Origin: Raja brachyura
Lineage: Eukaryota
Assembly: GCA_963514005.1 (NCBI GenBank)
Contig: OY740783.1
Span: forward strand, 73,284,001 to 73,348,000
Direction of reading: 5' to 3'
Length of the DNA: 64,000 nt
The notes below the pieces were generated by a model. That model searched no databases, was not told the origin of the DNA, and saw only the letters and a program-made list of their open reading frames with translations. The translations under genes were made by a program, and so were the position numbers. Shown here piece after piece: positions 26,782 through 37,700 of this stretch (its first letter is position 1; every line of letters starts with the position of its first letter).

Positions 26782-27704
26782 GTAATAGAAGCGCATTTAT
26801 AATGCAGGAAAACAGAATCGGTCAAAGTCAGCATGGATTTATGAAGGGGAAATCATGCTTGACTAATCTTCTAGAATTTTTTGAGGATGGATAAGGGAGA
26901 GCCAGTAAATGTGGTGTATCTCGACTTTCAAAAAGCCTTTGACAAGGTCGCACACAAGAGATTAGTGTGCAAAATTAGAGCACATGGTATTGGGGGTAGG
27001 GTATTGACATGGAGAGAGAACTTGTTGACAGACAGGAAGCAGAGAGTAGGAATTAACGGGTCCTTTTCAGAATGGCAGACAGTGACTAGTGGGGTGCCGG
27101 AAGTCTCGGTGCTGGGACCCCAGTTATTTACAACATATATTAACGATTTAGACGAGGAAATTAAATGTTTCTCCAAGTTTGAGGATGACACAAAGCTGGG
27201 TGGCAGTGTGAGCTGCAATGAGGATGCTATGAAGCTGCAGGGTGACTCCGATAGGTTGGGTGAGTGGACAGATGCATGGCAAATGCAGTATAATGTGGAT
27301 AAATGTGAGGGTATCCACTTTGGTGGCAAGAACAGGAAGGCAGATTATTATCTGAATGGCGTCAGATTAGGAAAAGGGACGGTGCAACGAGACCTGGGTG
27401 TGCTTATACATCAGTCACTGTGAAAGTAAGCATGCAGCGGGCAGTGAAGAAAGCTAATGGCATGTTGGCCTTCATTGCGAGAGTATTTGAGTTTAGGAGC
27501 AAGGAGGTCCTACTGCAGTTGTACAGGGCCCTGGTGAGACCGCACATGGAGTATTGTGTGCAGTTTTGGTCTCCTAATTTGAGTAAGGACATTTTTTCTG
27601 TTGAGGGAGTGCAGCGTAGGTTCTCCAGGTTAATTCCCAGGATGGCAGGACTGACATATAATGAAAGAAGGGGTCGACTGGGTTTGTATTCACTGAAATT
27701 TAGA

Positions 27705-28484
27705 CATAGAAACATAGAAAATAGGTGCAGGAGTAGGCCATTCGGCCCTTCGAGCCTGCACCGCCATTCAATGTGATCATGGCTGATCATCCAACTTGGT
27801 ATCCCGTACCTGCCTTCTCTCCATACCCCCTGATCCCTTTAGCCACAAGTGCCACATCTAACGCCCTCTTAAATATAGCCAATGAACTGGCCTCAACTAC
27901 CTTCTGTGGCAGAGAATTCCAGAGACTCACCACTCTCTGTGTAAAGAATGTTTTCCTCATTTCGGTCCTAAAGGAATTCCCCCTTATCCTTAGACTGTGA
28001 CCCCTTGTTCTGGACTCCCCCAACATCGGGAACAATCTTCCAGCATCTAGCTTGTCCAACCCCTTAAGAATTTTGTAGGTTTCTATAAGATCCCCCCTCA
28101 ATCTTCTAAATTCCATCGAGTACAAACCGAGTCTATCCAATCTTTCCTCATATGAAAGTCCTGACATCCCAGGAATCAGTCTGGTGAATCTTCTCTGTAC
28201 CCCCTCTATGGCAAGGATGTCTTTCCTCAGATTTGGAGACCAAAACTGTACGCAGTACTCCAGGTGTGGCCTCACCAAAACCCTGTACAACTGCAGTAGA
28301 ACCTCCCTGCTCCTATACTCAAATCCTTTCGCTATGAATGCTAACATACCATTTGCTTTCTTCACTGCCTGCTGCACCTGCATGCCTACTTTCAATGACT
28401 GGTGCACCATGACACCCAGGTCTCGTTGCATCTCCCCCTTACCTAATCTGCCACCATTCAGATAATAATATCAGATAATATCAG
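27705..28484 (-). mobile_element. Young CR1 subfamily A nested antisense in the host CR1
   Basis: ORF 27787-28431 open; TSD ATTTAGA at 27698-27704 and 28485-28491. Confidence 0.95.
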
Positions 28485-28844
28485 ATTTAGAAGGATGACA
28501 GGGGATCTTATAGTAACATATAAAATTCTTAAAGGATTGACAGGCTAGATGCAGGAAAAATGTTCCTGATGTTCGGGTAGTCCAGAACCAAGGGTCACAG
28601 TTTAAGGATAAGGGGTAGGCCATTTAGGACTGAGATGAGGAAAAACGTCTTCACCCAGGGAGTTGTGAATCTGTGGAATTCTACACCACAGGAGGTAGTG
28701 GAGGCCAATTCACTGGATGTTTTCAAGAGAGAGTTAGATTTAGCTCTTAGTGCTAAAGGAATCAAGGTTTATGGGGAAAAAAACAAAACAGGGTATTTTG
28801 TATGAACAGCCATGAAGTTTTTCTCTCCTCAGATACTGCACATT

Positions 28845-29381
28845 TGTGTGTAGGAAAGAACTGTAGATGCTGTTTTAAATCGAAGGTAGACACAAAATTA
28901 AGCAGGACAGGCAGCAGCTCTGGAGAGAAGGAATGGGTGACGTTTCGAGTCGAGACCTTTCTTCAGACTGATGTTAGGGGAGTGGGCGGGACAGAGATTG
29001 AACTAGTCAGAGAGAGTAAGACTGGTGGGAGAACTTGGAAGGGGGAGGGGATGGTGAGAGAAAGGGAAAGCAAGGGCTATTTGAAGTTAGAGAAGTCAAT
29101 GTTCATACCGCTAGGATGTAAGCTACCCAAGTGAAATACGCGGTGCTGTTCCTCCAATTTGCGTTGGGCCTCACTCTGACAATGGAGGAGGCCCAGGACA
29201 GAAAGGTCAGATTGGGAATGGGAGAGGAAGTTAAAGTGCTGAGCAACCGGGAGATCAGGTAGGTTAAGGGGGACTGAGTGGAGGTGTTCAGCGAAACGAT
29301 CGCCGAGCTTGTGCTTGGTTTTGCCGATGTACAGAAGTTAACAACTGGAACAGCAGATACAGTACCTCCAACCTCATCTAC
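28845..29381 (-). mobile_element. 5'-truncated Penelope-like element (GIY-YIG endonuclease plus terminal repeat)
   Basis: Minus strand reads YCICCSSC*LLYIGKTKHKLGDRFAEHL...AQHFN...LGSLHPSGMNIDFSNFK*, then a hammerhead-like motif and terminus. Confidence 0.88.
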
Positions 29382-29519
29382 CACAGTAGTACTGTTGGTG
29401 GAAGAGTAGACCAGCAGTTGGTTATCCGGCTCAGCAACTGACTCACCGCATGACACTCCAAAACCAATCCACATGATACAATCCAAAGAATATCATGGAA
29501 TACTGTATGTAACTAAATG

Positions 29520-29910
29520 ACTGCAGCTCCAACAACACAAAGGACAAAGAGTCCCAAAGCTCAGCGTAACCATTCACTCACTCCATCACTGGCACATGGT
29601 GTCTCATTGACAGCCATCAATAAAGTGCTCTGCAATTACTTACCATGGTTACAATGGCACTTTTCAAATATGTAAAAGTTCTACTACCTAGGAAGACATC
29701 AGCAGCAGATGCATGGCACTGCCACCATCTGCATGTTCCACTCAAAGCAGCATACCATCCTGGTTTGGAAATAAATCACCATTTCTTCAACTATACTGGC
29801 ACTTAATTTTGTGAGAGAACTCTACCATACGTGTTTCGCAAAAATGATTCACCACCTGCCTTCACACAGGGAATTAAGAAAAGGCAATAAATGTTGGCCT
29901 TGCAGCAGCA
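29520..29910 (+). mobile_element. Ancient CR1/L2-group LINE 3' fragment
   Basis: Ends GGAATTAAG...GGCAATAAATGTTGGCC; related decayed sequence on the minus strand at 18280-18478 and 18785-19020. Confidence 0.5.
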
Positions 29911-30349
29911 CCCAAATCATACAAGTATTTGTTGGAGGGATATTATGGTAGTTCCCACCAAATGCTGATTGTCCTTTTTACATTGTTTACTAAAATCAAG
30001 AGTATATGGCAGCTCTCTGAAAGGTTGTTCTCATGATATAGACATGTCTTGAAGCATTCTCTATCGCATTATCTCAGTGTATAAAGTAAATTTTCACCGC
30101 AAGAAGACAGCTCTGTATCAAGGGCAATTAGAGGCAGCCCACAAAACAGTGGCTTCAGTAGTGATGGCCTCAGTCTGAGAGTGAATAAAAAACAGAACAG
30201 CTGCTCTAATTGAGTGCAGCTATTTTTACTTAACATGGGGAGAGAACATGCAGATGGACTTAGTTACCCATTATAACACTTTAATTTTCCCTGTCTGCAA
30301 AACATTGTCTGGTTCAACCTATGCTCCAAACAATATAAACAAATATCAC

Positions 30350-30483
30350 TGTGCAGGAAGGAACTGCAGATGCTGGTTTACACCGAAGATAGACAGAAAA
30401 TGCTGGAGTAACTCAGCAGGGCAGGCAGCATCTCTGAAGAGAAGGAATGGGTGACGCTTCAGGTCCAGACCCTTCTTCAGACA
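30350..30483 (-). mobile_element. Penelope-like terminal repeat fragment
   Basis: Matches 28845-28970. Confidence 0.8.
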
Positions 30484-30811
30484 CTTTTCAATTCATATTT
30501 AGTCCTACATTTCTTCTATGATAATTGTAGAACATATAAAGTTCACTAATTACCACTTTATAGAGACCACTTTATATATGAACCAGGGTTCCTTTAACCA
30601 AATGATTTAAACTCTGAAGCCCATGTAGAGCAGTGTGAGTTGGGTAGAATACTAGTTAAATTACAAAGCTCGCAACCTGAAATCTGAATTATTGATTCAG
30701 TGACATGAGATTGCATCTGTCGTGGCATTGGGAACTCAAAATTCAAATAATTTAACCTAAGAATGTAGGAAATTAAAAGTTAGTCTTGGTAATGGTCACC
30801 ATGAAACTATG

Positions 30812-31402
30812 AATGAATAAGTTTATTGACCAAGTATGTTCACATACAAGGAATTTGCCTTGGTACTCCACTCGCAAGTGACAACATGACATACAGTGAC
30901 AATTAAGAATGACACACGAAACATTAATAATAAAACATTATTGATTAAACATGTGAAATAAATAAAATACCAGAGCAAAATTTTTGGTTATTCAGATTTT
31001 TGGTTATTGAGTAGAGCTACTACCTGTAGAAAAAAGCTGTTTTTATGTCTGGCTGTGGCAGATTTGACAGTCTGGAGTCGCCTTCCAGAAGGAAGTGATT
31101 CAAAGAGTTTGTGGCCAGGGTGAGAGGGGTCAGAGATGATTTGCCCGCTTGCTTCCTGGCCCTTGCAGTGTACAGTTCGTCAATGGAGGGAACACTCTCA
31201 GCTGATCGGACGATTCGCTGCAGCCTCCAGGTTTCTTGCTTGGTGGCTGAGCCAAACCAGACCATGTTGGAGAAGGTGAGGACAGACTCTACGATGGCCA
31301 TATAGAATTGGACCATCATTGCCTGTGGCAGATTTTGTTTCCTCAGCTGTTGCAGGAAGTACATCCTCTGTTGTGCCTTTTTGACTGTGGTATCGACAGT
31401 GC
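30812..31402 (-). mobile_element. Rex1/Babar LINE RT C-terminal fragment
   Basis: ORF 31020-31364 YFLQQLRK...FYMAIVESVLTFSNMVWFGSATKQ...LQRIVRSAE; (ATTC)n tail; interrupts an old SINE-like sequence (30700-30810 / 31410-31600). Confidence 0.85.
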
Positions 31403-32380
31403 TATATAAATTAAACTATAACATTGTTTGAAAAAACATCTAATTTACTAGGATCATCCAGGCTAGGAAATCTACCATCTTTACCCTGTCTGACCAATGT
31501 GTGACTCCAGGCTCACTGGTGTGGTTGATTCCTAACTGGCTACTGAGTTCAGGGGCAATTAGGATAGACAGTAAATGCTAGTGATATGCATGAGCTGTGA
31601 ACAAATAAATAGAAAAAGATTGCCAACGTTTGTCTTCAGCTTAATCTTACAGGACGCCCTATCCTGAGTTTAATCACTAGATGGGACAGTATCTGAATCA
31701 CTTTAGAACATTTCCTGAAGGACATCCTGCACAGATATGAGAATATCTTCCTGCCTGATATTTTCCTGTTCAAGTTTCAAGTTCAAATCTATCAAAACAA
31801 ATGCTTGTTTACCAATATGAGATTCATTTTTAATGCAATTTTTAAAATACAATTTAATTTCTGGTTTGAAAGCTTGGAACTGGCGGCATAGACACAAAAA
31901 CGTACACTCACGCAAAAAAACACAAGGATTATTCTTCCAGATATGTTGATCAATAAAAGCTGACTCTCGTGGCGACCACAGGGTAAAGTTCTTACCATCA
32001 CCCACTGGTTGAAATCTGGAGAAGCATACAATTGTTTACTCCCCATTTCCCAGATATGTTCACATCAAATTAACATACAGACACTCCCTGAGTTATGTAA
32101 ACTCGCACTTACGTAATAATTCTGTACTCAGGCAGTTTGTAATTTACACAACATTGTACAAATACTCAAGTTTACATTGGAAACAAGTTGGCAATAGTGG
32201 TAGTGCTTATCCAGTGGGCGCACTTCACAGAAAGTGCCCCGACAGTGAGACAGAGTTGAAGTCGGCAATGGCGGTGTGCTTACCCAGAAGTCCACATGTC
32301 ACAGAAATTGCCCTGGATGCCGCCAGACGCCACTGAGACAGTTAATACCTCTATAATCTTTGGTTAATACTCTCAGTGAT

Positions 32381-32640
32381 GGACACAAAGTGCTGGAGTA
32401 ACGGAGAGGGTCAGGCAGCACCTCTGGAGAAAATGGATAGATGACGTTTCAAGTTGGGTGGCTTCTTAGACACTCAGTTTGTTATTTTACGCAAGGGATG
32501 GAGATGGTGGTTCCGACTTATGTAAAATCTGACGCGTTAGTGTTCACAGTCCGAAGAAGGGTCTCAACCTGAAACGTCACCCATTCCTTCTCTCCAGAGA
32601 TGCTGCCGGTCCCGCTGAGTTACTCCAGCTTTTTGTGTCT
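32381..32640. repeat. Inverted pair of Penelope terminal repeats
   Basis: GACACAAAGTGCTGGAGTAAC... arm and reverse-complement arm ...GAGTTACTCCAGCTTTTTGTGTC. Confidence 0.8.
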
Positions 32641-32779
32641 ACCGTCACAGAACATAACTCTTACATATGTCAGTGAGTGCCTCTACATGACAATGTTACA
32701 CATTACATAAAGCAATTTGCACACAATATGAGTCCTCATTGTCAAGTAGGTTTTGAGAAAGTTGAAAAAATGAAAACTA

Positions 32780-32943
32780 GACAAGTGCAACAGTGCAACA
32801 GCTAAAAGCACAGTGTACGTTAAGTCCTTTAAAAGAGGGGGTGAGAGGGAGTGGAGACAACTATTAAGAAGCCAGAAATACACAACTGTGAAGCTCAGCG
32901 GACATTTAACATTACCGGTCGCTTATCATTGGTTCTGAAAACT
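32780..32943 (-). mobile_element. Internal fragment of the Harbinger-type family seen at 61741-62475
   Basis: Reverse complement aligns with 62068-62225. Confidence 0.75.
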
Positions 32944-33595
32944 AGGAAGGAAGTCATTAAGCTGGAAAGAGTGCAAAGAAGATTTACAAAGATGTTGCCT
33001 GGACACGAGGGCCTGAGTGATATGGAAAGATTGCACAGGCTAGGACTTTATTCCTTGGAACGCAGGATGTTAAAAGTTGTATACATTAAAATCAACAGGG
33101 AAGTAAATAGGATGAATGCACATTCTTTTACCCAAGGTAGGGGTATCAAAAACCAGTCTGATGTGTAAAGGGCACAATCTAATAGGTACCCGAGGGGCAA
33201 CTATTTCACTTAGAGGGTGGTGAATATATGGAACGAGCTGCCAGAGGACTCAGTTGAGGTATGTACTATAACAGCACATACCTCAGGACAAGTACATGGA
33301 CATAAAATTTCAGAGAATTATGGATCATTAGCAGGCAAATGGGACTAGTTAAGATGGGCGTGGACAAGTTGGGCTGAAGGACCAATTTTTGTGCTCATAA
33401 GTTCATATGTCATATGAGCAGAATCAGGCCATTTGGCCCAACAAGTCTACTCCACCATTCAATCATGGCTGATCTATCTTTTCCTTGCAACCGCAATCTC
33501 CTGCCTTCTTCCCATAACGTCTGTCACACTTACCAATCAAAAACCTATCAAGCCCTATTTTTAAATACTCAATGACTTGGCTTCCACTGCCATCA
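32944..33595. mobile_element. Two tail-to-tail degenerate CR1 3' fragments
   Basis: KLERVQRRFTKMLPG on + (32944-33395), then a minus-strand CR1 tail (33396-33595). Confidence 0.7.
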
Positions 33596-34270
33596 GTGCT
33601 GCATAATACCATTGCATGCACAGCACAGCTTTAGCAGATGAGCCACTGCCTTAATAGAGGGTAAATAAAGGTGGTTATTAAATACTGGCTATTCCAGTGC
33701 CACACAGGGACTAAACTAACAATTAGACAAAGTCAAGCCCATTAACATCATTGTTGCTTCACAAAGAACTCTGCTTTTTTTTACCCTGGTATCAAAAAAA
33801 TACACAAAAGTATCGTTAAGATATATGTAGTTAATATGAAATTATACATCTATATACCTAAAAGTCTCATCTTGACTACTTCCGGTTTGCACTGTATATT
33901 GATTTTAGAAAAAATGCTACCGTATATTTATGGCCATCTTACTCACAGTCCTCCTCCGCTGAAGCAGCCCCGAGGATTTTTTCAATTGATGAAAAATAAA
34001 AAAGCTATGAATGTTTAAAAAATCTTGAGATCAGCTGATTGGTCCTCTCGCCTGTCAATCACCACGATGAAGGTAACGCCCCATCCAGGGAGGGCTGGAC
34101 TATAAAACCCTGGATGCCTGGACGTGAGTCAGTCACTCTGGAAGATCACGAGGGAGAGGCCACAACTGTCATTCTAAGCTGTGAATCAAATTAACTGTGA
34201 GTCTGCAATGTACTTGCAATAAATGATTTGTTAGCCCTTAATGACAATGTAATGAGTTGTTTGGCAATTT

Positions 34271-34503
34271 GGTGGCCTGCACTCTGCTTGAAATGCTATG
34301 AAATCGAATGTGGTGACCTACACTCTGCTTGAAATGCTGTGAAATTGAATGTGGTGGCCTGCACTCTGCTTGAAGTGCTGTGAAATTGAATGTGGTGGCC
34401 TGCACTCTGCTTGAAATGCTGTGAAATTGAATGTGGTGGCCTGTACTCAGCTTGAAATGCGGTGAAATTGAATGTGGTGGCCTGCACTCTGCTATAAATG
34501 AAA
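34271..34503 (+). repeat. 41-bp minisatellite, ~5.6 copies
   Basis: Unit GGTGGCCTGCACTCTGCTTGAAATGCTGTGAAATTGAATGT starting at 34271, 34312, 34353, 34394, 34435, 34476. Confidence 0.95.
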
Positions 34504-34527
34504 TTTCAAGGAATAGCCGTGAGCGAA

Positions 34528-34749
34528 CTGCCAACCCACCAGCCCTGAGTGACTGATCTGCCAGCCCACCAGCCCTGAGTAACTGAGCTGCCAGCCCACC
34601 AGCCCTGAGTGACTGAGCTGTCAGCCCACCAGTCCTGAATGACTGAGCTGCCAACACACCAGCCCTGAGTGACTGAGCTGGCAGCCCACCAGGCCTGAGT
34701 GACTAAGCTGGCAGCCCATCAGGCCTGAGTGACTGAGCTGCCAGCCCAA
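34528..34749 (+). repeat. 30-bp minisatellite, ~7.4 copies
   Basis: Unit CTGCCAGCCCACCAGCCCTGAGTGACTGAG. Confidence 0.95.
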
Positions 34750-37700
34750 TAATCCATTCAGCCCACAATGTCCATACTAGCCCTCTGGAAACCAGTCCCA
34801 TTGGCCCACAACACCCATACTAGCGCTCCGGAAAGCCACATCACTGGCCACCAATATTGGAATTGGCGGAGAGGTGGAATATTGCATTGGGGGAACAGTC
34901 CTCCCGTGTGAACACGAGACCCAACGGGTCCCATTTAGTCTAGCATATAATATGCATGTCAACCCATTTTCTCTTGGGTGGGCTATGTTAAAATTGGCTA
35001 TCATGCACATAACATTGGTGCACTGATATATGTGCCAAAAAAATTACTTAAGCAGGAGATAGTTGTGCATGGTCAGCCTTGAGAAAAAGCAATGTGAGTA
35101 CGTGAGAAGGTTGTTAGAAAAAATGCCTTGTTGGAAATATTTATGCTTGAGAAGAGTAAAAAAAGGGGTTTCCTCCCGTGGTGCAACAGCACGGAATGCC
35201 ATCCAGGAGATCTACTAAAGCAAAGTCCCAAGTCAGATACAGAGAGTTGATGAACATTTTCCAAAGTATAGGCCTAGGCAGAGATCAGAGGTATTCCGAT
35301 ATTTCACAGAGGTATCGGTGGGATCAGATCCTAACTGATCAGGATAGAGGCACTGAGGGAGCTGGCAAAAAAACACTCACAAATGCCACTTGTTCTGGGT
35401 CGACAGGAGACCAGCTGTGGGCATTTTAATGTTCTTGTGCACATGGTGAAATCATATGATTTTTGATAAAAGTCAGTGGAAATAACAACTGAAATAAAAG
35501 GACAAGCATCCACTGAATTCGTTATCAATGATGTCATTTTTTTGACATATGTTATCTTGGAATGCCGGAGTCATCAGTTTTGAAATGTTCTCTGGAACGC
35601 CAGTGATAACTCCCACAGGTTTCTTAGCTCTGCTGGACTGTATAACAATGTGATGGGAAATTATGTTCATTTGCTTCCTTTATGGATTCAATTTTAATTT
35701 AAAATATTAAAAGGGAAAAAAAGCCAGTTCAGCTTAAAATATGAAACTGTTATGAGATGGTATAATTTGATAGAAATGTTATGAATGTTCTTGGATGCCA
35801 TTCTACTGGTGCGGAAATTTGGTGGAAAGCCTCGTTTGCCATTTTTAATAACTTGAGATTATGGCAGTAGAGCGGAGAAAGTTGAAAGAAATTTCCCGTC
35901 TAAATGTCAGCAAATAGAATAACTGCCAGCAAGTTATTTGACCGTAGTATGCATTATAGCCAAGTGTGATCTTATTCACGTTTAAACCATAAGAGATATT
36001 CAAAAGTAATGCAAGTCTGGCTAAGGCAAATCAGTAGTCCAGTTTGCACGGTGCCCAATTTTATTTTTTAATTACTTTTGCCACATTTTTTTTTCTATCT
36101 CACAAACCACTCCAGGATAGAGATCTGAACTCTGGTCATCTCCTCCCTAAACAAAAAGGTTGAGGCCAATTAACATTTGCTCCCCCACATTAAGATGAGA
36201 TAACTCTGAACGAACCGTGAATTGAATCTGGGAAACTCTTTTGTTGGTCCTTGCTCAATATGTTGTTTGCTGGTTCCCATCCATTAGGAAGGTCAGATAC
36301 ATTTTATTTACAATGGTATTTTTAATTTCCAGCAATTTTCTGCTGTATCTGTTCCAACAGCAGGTGCGACAACTCTACTCTTTTATAGCACCTCAAGGTG
36401 AATAATGTTCCAAAATACTTCATAGCAATGTGTACATGGAAAGCAAACTAGAAAGGGAGCAGTTAAGAGATTTATTAAAGACTTGGTTGAAGAGATAGTT
36501 TTTACAAGTTATTATGATGAGGTGAAGATATAATGTACTAATAAATTGCAGATTAGATCCCAGCTGAAGTAGTAATAACAATGACAAAAGCATTATAGGC
36601 CAGAATTGTTTTCAACCAGTTCTTAGGAAAGGTCTTTGACTTGAAATGTTAACTTTTTAGAATTTTTTTTCCCAGATACTGCCAGACCTTCTAGATGTTT
36701 CCAGCAACTTCTGTGTTTATTTCAGATTTGGGCTTGGCAATAGGTTTCAAGAACCATTGCAATTAAATGGGTAATACTAGTTTTTTTAATTCAATATTTG
36801 GAGGAGTAGGTGGAGAACCAATATTGACCAGTAAGAGCAGATGTGATGAACAGTGAGACCTCGCATCAGACAGGATAACCGAAGAAGCATTTCTATAGGG
36901 AGCAAGATGGGATTTTGCAAGCAGGGGAATGATTGTATCTAAGGTGATGCAAAAGTTAATGATGTTTTATGACAGAAGCAACAGCGATAGGGGCCGAGGA
37001 TGAGGGCAACAATATATGTGAGTGAGAGAATATAGAGGTTGAAATAAAACAGAGGGGATATCAAAATTAGGGATGGACATTTGAGTTAACGTTCAGGCCA
37101 CCACTTCCATGCCGACCTTTTAATCCAATTACACTAATCCAACTTGAAAGAGTGAATAGAAAAAGAGAGAAATCAATGGCCAGGGAGCAACATTTGTAAT
37201 GGAGCCAAAGATAATGGATATGGCCCCTCAAATGCTGAAAAAAAATTGCAGATGTTGAAAACCTGAAATCAAAACAGAGAATGATGCAATACATCCAGGA
37301 CTGGTCATCAGAACCTAAGTTAAAAGTTTAGTTAACTGGTCATGGATAGCAACAGTGCTTGAGTCAGATTGTCTGTATATGATGTCAACAAGGGTTCGTT
37401 TGCTCGTGTGTCAGACGATGTAGCTCGCTGTTGGCTTCTGTCGTCATCCAAAATGTCGACAGAATTGTCACCCGACGTGTCACTGAGTGCATTGTGTCGT
37501 TGCTTCCAGGGATCGCCACGAGGAGGCTTCTGTCATGATCCCCCCAACAAGGGTAAACATGTAGAAGTGAAAAAATGATAAAAAACAAGGACTGCATGTG
37601 ACATGTCTTTAATTCACCATAGGCCAAAGGAAAACAAAGTATTTTCTGGAGGGGTACTGGCTATATCCAGATATGTGAGCTTATCCCACAAGGTTTGGAG

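Larger units (their letters stand above)
24200..28800 (+). mobile_element. Long CR1 LINE ORF2 remnant (endonuclease end to 3' end) interrupted by three insertions
   Basis: MGDFN and SDHNMV (APE endonuclease), [26 protein letters not shown]; pieces 24200-24850, 25160-25746, 26782-27704, 28485-28800. Confidence 0.9.
33849..34943 (+). mobile_element. Non-autonomous Helitron
   Basis: 5' A|TC start, subterminal hairpin GACCC-AAC-GGGTC (34918-34930), CTAG 3' end, no TSD, internal tandem repeats. Confidence 0.8.

Noticed and set aside
34271-34749. CRISPR-like appearance of regular 30-41 bp repeats
   Set aside because: Units are head-to-tail with no unique spacers, there are no cas genes, and the DNA is vertebrate; these are minisatellites in a Helitron
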